From assembly GCA_963713825.1 (NCBI GenBank), contig CAVQNG010000003.1:352001-416000 (forward strand): a stretch of 64,000 nucleotides of DNA, in the 5' to 3' direction. Position numbers and translations under genes: made by a program. Positions 60,317 to 64,000 of this stretch are shown here, in pieces. This DNA comes from an uncultured Acidobacteriota bacterium (GTDB lineage: Bacteria; Acidobacteriota; Thermoanaerobaculia; Multivoradales; JAHEKO01). The notes under the pieces are model-generated. The model had not been told where the DNA came from, made no database searches, and saw only the letters and a program-made list of their open reading frames with translations. Within the stretch, counting starts at the first letter, position 1, and every line of letters begins with the position of its first letter.

Positions 60317-61666
60317 TCAGTCGACCGCGGCACCAACGGCGAAACCCGGATCGCTGTCCGGGTCGAACCCGAGCGCGTCTCGGTCCAGGATCCGGCCTCC
60401 CCGCATCACCATGTGTATGTCACGAGTCCGACGGATGTCCCGGTCGGGCCGACCCTCGACGACGATCAGGTCGGCCACCTTGCCGGCGGTGATGGTGCCC
60501 CAGTCGTCGGCACCGATCAGAAGCGCTGCGTTCCGCGTCGCAGTCGTGATGGCTTCGAGAGGGGACAGCCCCGCCTCCACGAGTAGCTCGAGCTCCCGGT
60601 GGATGCCCTCCCCCTGAGCCACACCCGGATAGGGAGCGTCGGTGCCCGCGACCAACAGAATACCTGCTCGGTGCAGCCTTTGGACGTTCTTCGTGGCGAT
60701 GTCGAGCTTCACTCCGCTAGCCGCGGCAACCTTCTTGTCCTCGTCCGTGAGGTCCTGGGTCGCGTGCTCCCGCAGGGCAGCCAGAAAGGCGGGCGGAGTG
60801 GTGTTCGCGATCAACGGGTGGTCGAGGAAAGCCGGCTCCTCGAACCGCCGCCGCGAGTGCGACTCCTGCACCGCCAGGGTGGTGATGACCATGGTCTTCT
60901 TCTCGACGATCAGGTCGAAGCTGAGCTGGTCGATCTCGCGCGTCGGCGCGTGGGCAAGTGCGGCGATCCCGGCGGCGGTCACGTCATAGGAGCCGTTGCG
61001 ACTCCAGAGATCGGCAATCACGGGAAGAGAGCTCCCAGAGGCGACCTCGACCAGTTCACGAAGAAGTGGAACCGAAAGTCCCCCGTACGCTTTGACAGCG
61101 TCGACGCCGGAGCGCTCCAGCATCGCGACCACATCGGCTACCTGGGAGTCGATGACAAGACCGACTGAAAACGGCGGCCATGATGGATCGGCATCGTCCA
61201 CCAGCGGACCGACACAGTAGATCCGGGGACCGGCGATGGTGCCTGCCGCGACCTCGTCCCGGAGCTGCAGAACAAACGGCATGATATTCCCAAGATCGAA
61301 GACAGTGGTGACCCCGGAGTACAGAAGGGCATTCAGATACCTTTGATAGCCGAGCCAATCCGAACCGACGCCATCCCACCCGCCCATCAGATGGACGTGC
61401 ATGTCAGCGAGACCTGGCATCACGGCTCTTCCCTCGAGGTCGATCACTCTTGCGTCAGTCGGGAGGCGGACCCTAGCCGCCTCACCCACGGCCTCGATCC
61501 GCCCATCACGCACCAGGACCACGCCGTTCTCGACGGGCGTTCCACCGTTTCCGTCGATGACCACGCCACCAATGAGGGCGACAGGGCTTTCACCGAACAC
61601 CACTCCGGGGCACACGAGTGCCATGACAAGGCTGAGCACTCGCACGATCCTCTTGCCACTGGCCAT
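60317..61666 (-). CDS. Secreted amidohydrolase family protein
   Basis: Signal peptide; MPGLADMHVH, GVTTVFDLG, VAGTD, GKVADL. Confidence 0.88.
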   Translation of the reverse strand: MASGKRIVRVLSLVMALVCPGVVFGESPVALIGGVVIDGNGGTPVENGVVLVRDGRIEAVGEAARVRLPTDARVIDLEGRAVMPGLADMHVHLMGGWDGVGSDWLGYQRYLNALLYSGVTTVFDLGNIMPFVLQLRDEVAAGTIAGPRIYCVGPLVDDADPSWPPFSVGLVIDSQVADVVAMLERSGVDAVKAYGGLSVPLLRELVEVASGSSLPVIADLWSRNGSYDVTAAGIAALAHAPTREIDQLSFDLIVEKKTMVITTLAVQESHSRRRFEEPAFLDHPLIANTTPPAFLAALREHATQDLTDEDKKVAAASGVKLDIATKNVQRLHRAGILLVAGTDAPYPGVAQGEGIHRELELLVEAGLSPLEAITTATRNAALLIGADDWGTITAGKVADLIVVEGRPDRDIRRTRDIHMVMRGGRILDRDALGFDPDSDPGFAVGAAVD

Positions 61667-61796
61667 CTTCAGGTCCTCCTCAACTGGTGGGTCCGCTCGT
61701 CGCCGTGCATTTCTCCGTCAGTCTCGTTAGATGCACCCGACTCCCAGTTGGTTGCGCACCCATTCCAGGTGTAGACGCTCCTTCCACCGGCGGGGC

Positions 61797-61829
61797 AAGA
61801 AAAAGCGCCGGGGAGTTGCCCCCCCGGCG
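61797..61829 (-). terminator. Rho-independent terminator after the TonB-dependent receptor
   Basis: CGCCGGGG/CCCCGGCG stem followed by CTTTTTCTT on the minus strand. Confidence 0.75.
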
Positions 61830-61861
61830 ATAAAGCGTGTGGCCTGGTTTGAATGGACGAC

Positions 61862-64000
61862 TTACCGCCAGTTCAAGCGGACACCGAGTCGGAAGACCCG
61901 AGGTGCCAGCGAGGTACTGATCCACCCCACGTTGCTGGAGGTGGTGTTGCGGAAGCGATCCAGTACGACACCGTCGTTGAAGATATTAAAGGCATCGATC
62001 GAGAAGGTCAGGCCGAGGTTACCCGTCGTCCTGAATTCTTTCTCGAGCCGCATATCCATGGAGAAGAGATCCTCCAGGCGATAGTCGTCGATGTTCGGAG
62101 CGGCCTGAATCGACCGTGCGATTCCGTCCAGACCGGTTCTGTTCCCGTAGTACGGAATCGGATAGCCATTGCGGCCGGTCATGTTGGCGGCGACGTTGAA
62201 GCCCCAGGGCTTGTCAGGCGCCACCTGATACATGCCGTTCAAGTTCCAACCCCAGTCTGACTGCAGCCACGACTCGTTGCGGCCGGAACCGGTCGACTGC
62301 ACGACGTACTTCGAGCCGTCGATCACAAAGCCCTCTTGAGGCACTGTCGGCAGCGCTCGGTTGGGATCGTTGTTGTTGAAGTAGCTACCCGGCACGCTCC
62401 AGGACTCGTCGAAGTTGTACTGGATGTAGCCACGCATCATCCACTGGTTCGCCAGTCGCTTCGTGAAGCCGATGGTTGCACCGAGGTAGTCGATCTCACG
62501 GTCACCGTTGGTGAACAGCTGACCACCCGTGTAGTTCCATTTCGACGGATCCGCCGAAAAGGTGTCATACGAGTAGGTCGCAGCAGGTCCACCAATGCCC
62601 GGCACCGTGATGTCGAGTTGCGTCGGGTCCGTGATGTACTCGCTGGCCGGAAGCGTCCTTGGCGTTGCCTGATCGTCGCCGACCGGCGTGAACAACCGCT
62701 GGAAGTCCTGTACATCCGTGACCTTACGCCAGGTGAGGGTACCGCTGACCACGAACTCAGGCAGGAAGGCATGCTCGGCACCAAGGATCAACTCGTTGGT
62801 GAGCGGAGCATCCATGCCCGGGTCGTTCTTGTTGGATGACGACAGGGCTGTCGGGTCATTCGGGTTGAAGCCCCAGTATCCCGCCGCTACCGAATACTGC
62901 TCACCGTCATCGTAGAAGCCGGGGAAACCACCCGTATCGTCGACGAAGACGATGTACGCCAACTGAGCGGACAAGGGGTTCGTCCGGCTGATGTTGGTCA
63001 ACGACATGACATCCGGGAACTGCGAGAAGCTACCGCGCAGCAGCGTCTTGCGCTCCTCACCGAGGGCGTAAGTGACACCCAGGCGAGGAGTGATACTCGA
63101 CCAATCGAGTCCGTCGGCATCGTTGCCCGCGAAATCGATGGACGGCATGACATTCGGGAAGCCGGGGTTGGCGTCCACGACACCAGCCGTGTTCTCACCG
63201 TTCTGCTTGTCGTATCGGAAGCCGACGTTGAAGGTCCACTGGCCCATCGTCATCGTGTCCTGTACCCACAACGAATCGTAATTCGTGATGACAGGTACGG
63301 GACCCTGACGGTAGGCGTAAACCGCAGCGTAGTCGTCCGCACGGTTCACAGGCAGTCCGAGCGAGGCACCCAGAGCAACGTCGCCCGCCACTCCGGCATA
63401 GGTGCCGTCGTAGTGGAAGAGGTTCCGACCAGGATACGACCAGGCGCTCTCGGTGGAGGCTTCACGCGTCCGACCACCAAACTTGAGCTCGTGGTTCAAG
63501 CTCGAGGTGGTGAAGAAGTAGGAACCGTCGATCTTGATCTCCTCGGTCGGACGGCTGTTGCCGCCGGAAGCGTTGTTGGTCACGAAGCCGTTGCCGTCCG
63601 TGTACTTCTCACCGCCGGGGAACGGATCCGCAGCGTTGCCCGTACCGGCACCACCCTGCGCCGTCAGCGAGAAACCGCCGTCGACGAAGGAGTACTGACC
63701 GGTCAGGAACAGGTTCGAGCCGAAGACGTGCGTGTCCTCGATCTTGGTGATCCCCGTCGGACCACGCTGGTTCCAGGTCGCCGAGGGGTCGTTGTTCGGC
63801 GCCGCACCACGGCCGATCTTCCGTTTGTCACCGTTGTTGAACGAGGCAACGAAAGAGTTGGCATTGGTGAACTGCGCGTTCAGCTTGATCGCGGTGCCCT
63901 CGAGGATCGTGCGGTCGGACTGACCACCACCGGTGATCCGGTTGATGTCGTTCTGACCCCACGAAGCCCACAGCCAGACGCGATCCCGCCACGCCGGACC
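61862..64000 (-). CDS. TonB-dependent receptor (Oar-like); 5' part outside the window
   Basis: Frame open from 64000 (GPAWRDRVWLWASW...); WVQDT, FNVGFRYD, PRLGVTYAL, DAFNIFN, PRVFRLGVRLNWR. Confidence 0.9.
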   Translation of the reverse strand, partial: GPAWRDRVWLWASWGQNDINRITGGGQSDRTILEGTAIKLNAQFTNANSFVASFNNGDKRKIGRGAAPNNDPSATWNQRGPTGITKIEDTHVFGSNLFLTGQYSFVDGGFSLTAQGGAGTGNAADPFPGGEKYTDGNGFVTNNASGGNSRPTEEIKIDGSYFFTTSSLNHELKFGGRTREASTESAWSYPGRNLFHYDGTYAGVAGDVALGASLGLPVNRADDYAAVYAYRQGPVPVITNYDSLWVQDTMTMGQWTFNVGFRYDKQNGENTAGVVDANPGFPNVMPSIDFAGNDADGLDWSSITPRLGVTYALGEERKTLLRGSFSQFPDVMSLTNISRTNPLSAQLAYIVFVDDTGGFPGFYDDGEQYSVAAGYWGFNPNDPTALSSSNKNDPGMDAPLTNELILGAEHAFLPEFVVSGTLTWRKVTDVQDFQRLFTPVGDDQATPRTLPASEYITDPTQLDITVPGIGGPAATYSYDTFSADPSKWNYTGGQLFTNGDREIDYLGATIGFTKRLANQWMMRGYIQYNFDESWSVPGSYFNNNDPNRALPTVPQEGFVIDGSKYVVQSTGSGRNESWLQSDWGWNLNGMYQVAPDKPWGFNVAANMTGRNGYPIPYYGNRTGLDGIARSIQAAPNIDDYRLEDLFSMDMRLEKEFRTTGNLGLTFSIDAFNIFNDGVVLDRFRNTTSSNVGWISTSLAPRVFRLGVRLNWR

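Noticed and set aside
1-64000. CRISPR array, tRNA/rRNA, transposase, integrase or phage genes
   Set aside because: I saw no regularly spaced repeats or diagnostic motifs by eye; tRNAscan-SE or Infernal would be needed to exclude small RNAs.
60317-64000. Amidohydrolase and TonB-dependent receptor as members of the biosynthetic operon
   Set aside because: A terminator follows the receptor, the amidohydrolase is secreted, and a ~300-nt gap with a possible promoter separates it from the operon. Linkage is unsupported without synteny data.

Overview
GC-rich bacterial window of about 55 protein-coding genes, with no rRNA, tRNA, CRISPR array, transposase or prophage. The gene mix (Hanks kinases with PD40 or TPR sensor domains, PadR-HAAS pair, ECF/anti-sigma/DUF4097 operon, Oar-type TonB-dependent receptor, many secreted hydrolases) suggests Acidobacteriota, possibly Thermoanaerobaculia-like; this is inference only. 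About ten genes between ~11 and ~37 kb are broken by single-base frameshifts, while genes outside that interval read through cleanly, so these are most likely consensus errors. The most interesting element is a tightly packed minus-strand operon at 54420-60019: a Glu/Leu/Phe/Val-dehydrogenase homolog, a nitroreductase, a divergent threonine/cysteate-synthase-like PLP enzyme, a divergent homocitrate/isopropylmalate-synthase-like enzyme and a B12-dependent radical SAM enzyme. It is preceded by an unannotated, translationally coupled short ORF with an in-frame TGA. This looks like a biosynthetic pathway for an unusual amino-acid-derived small molecule, and I cannot match it to a known cluster. 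Also notable are a GTAG-type REP palindrome translated in frame inside a kinase domain, several apparent pseudo-enzyme sensor domains, and clear operator and ECF promoter motifs.
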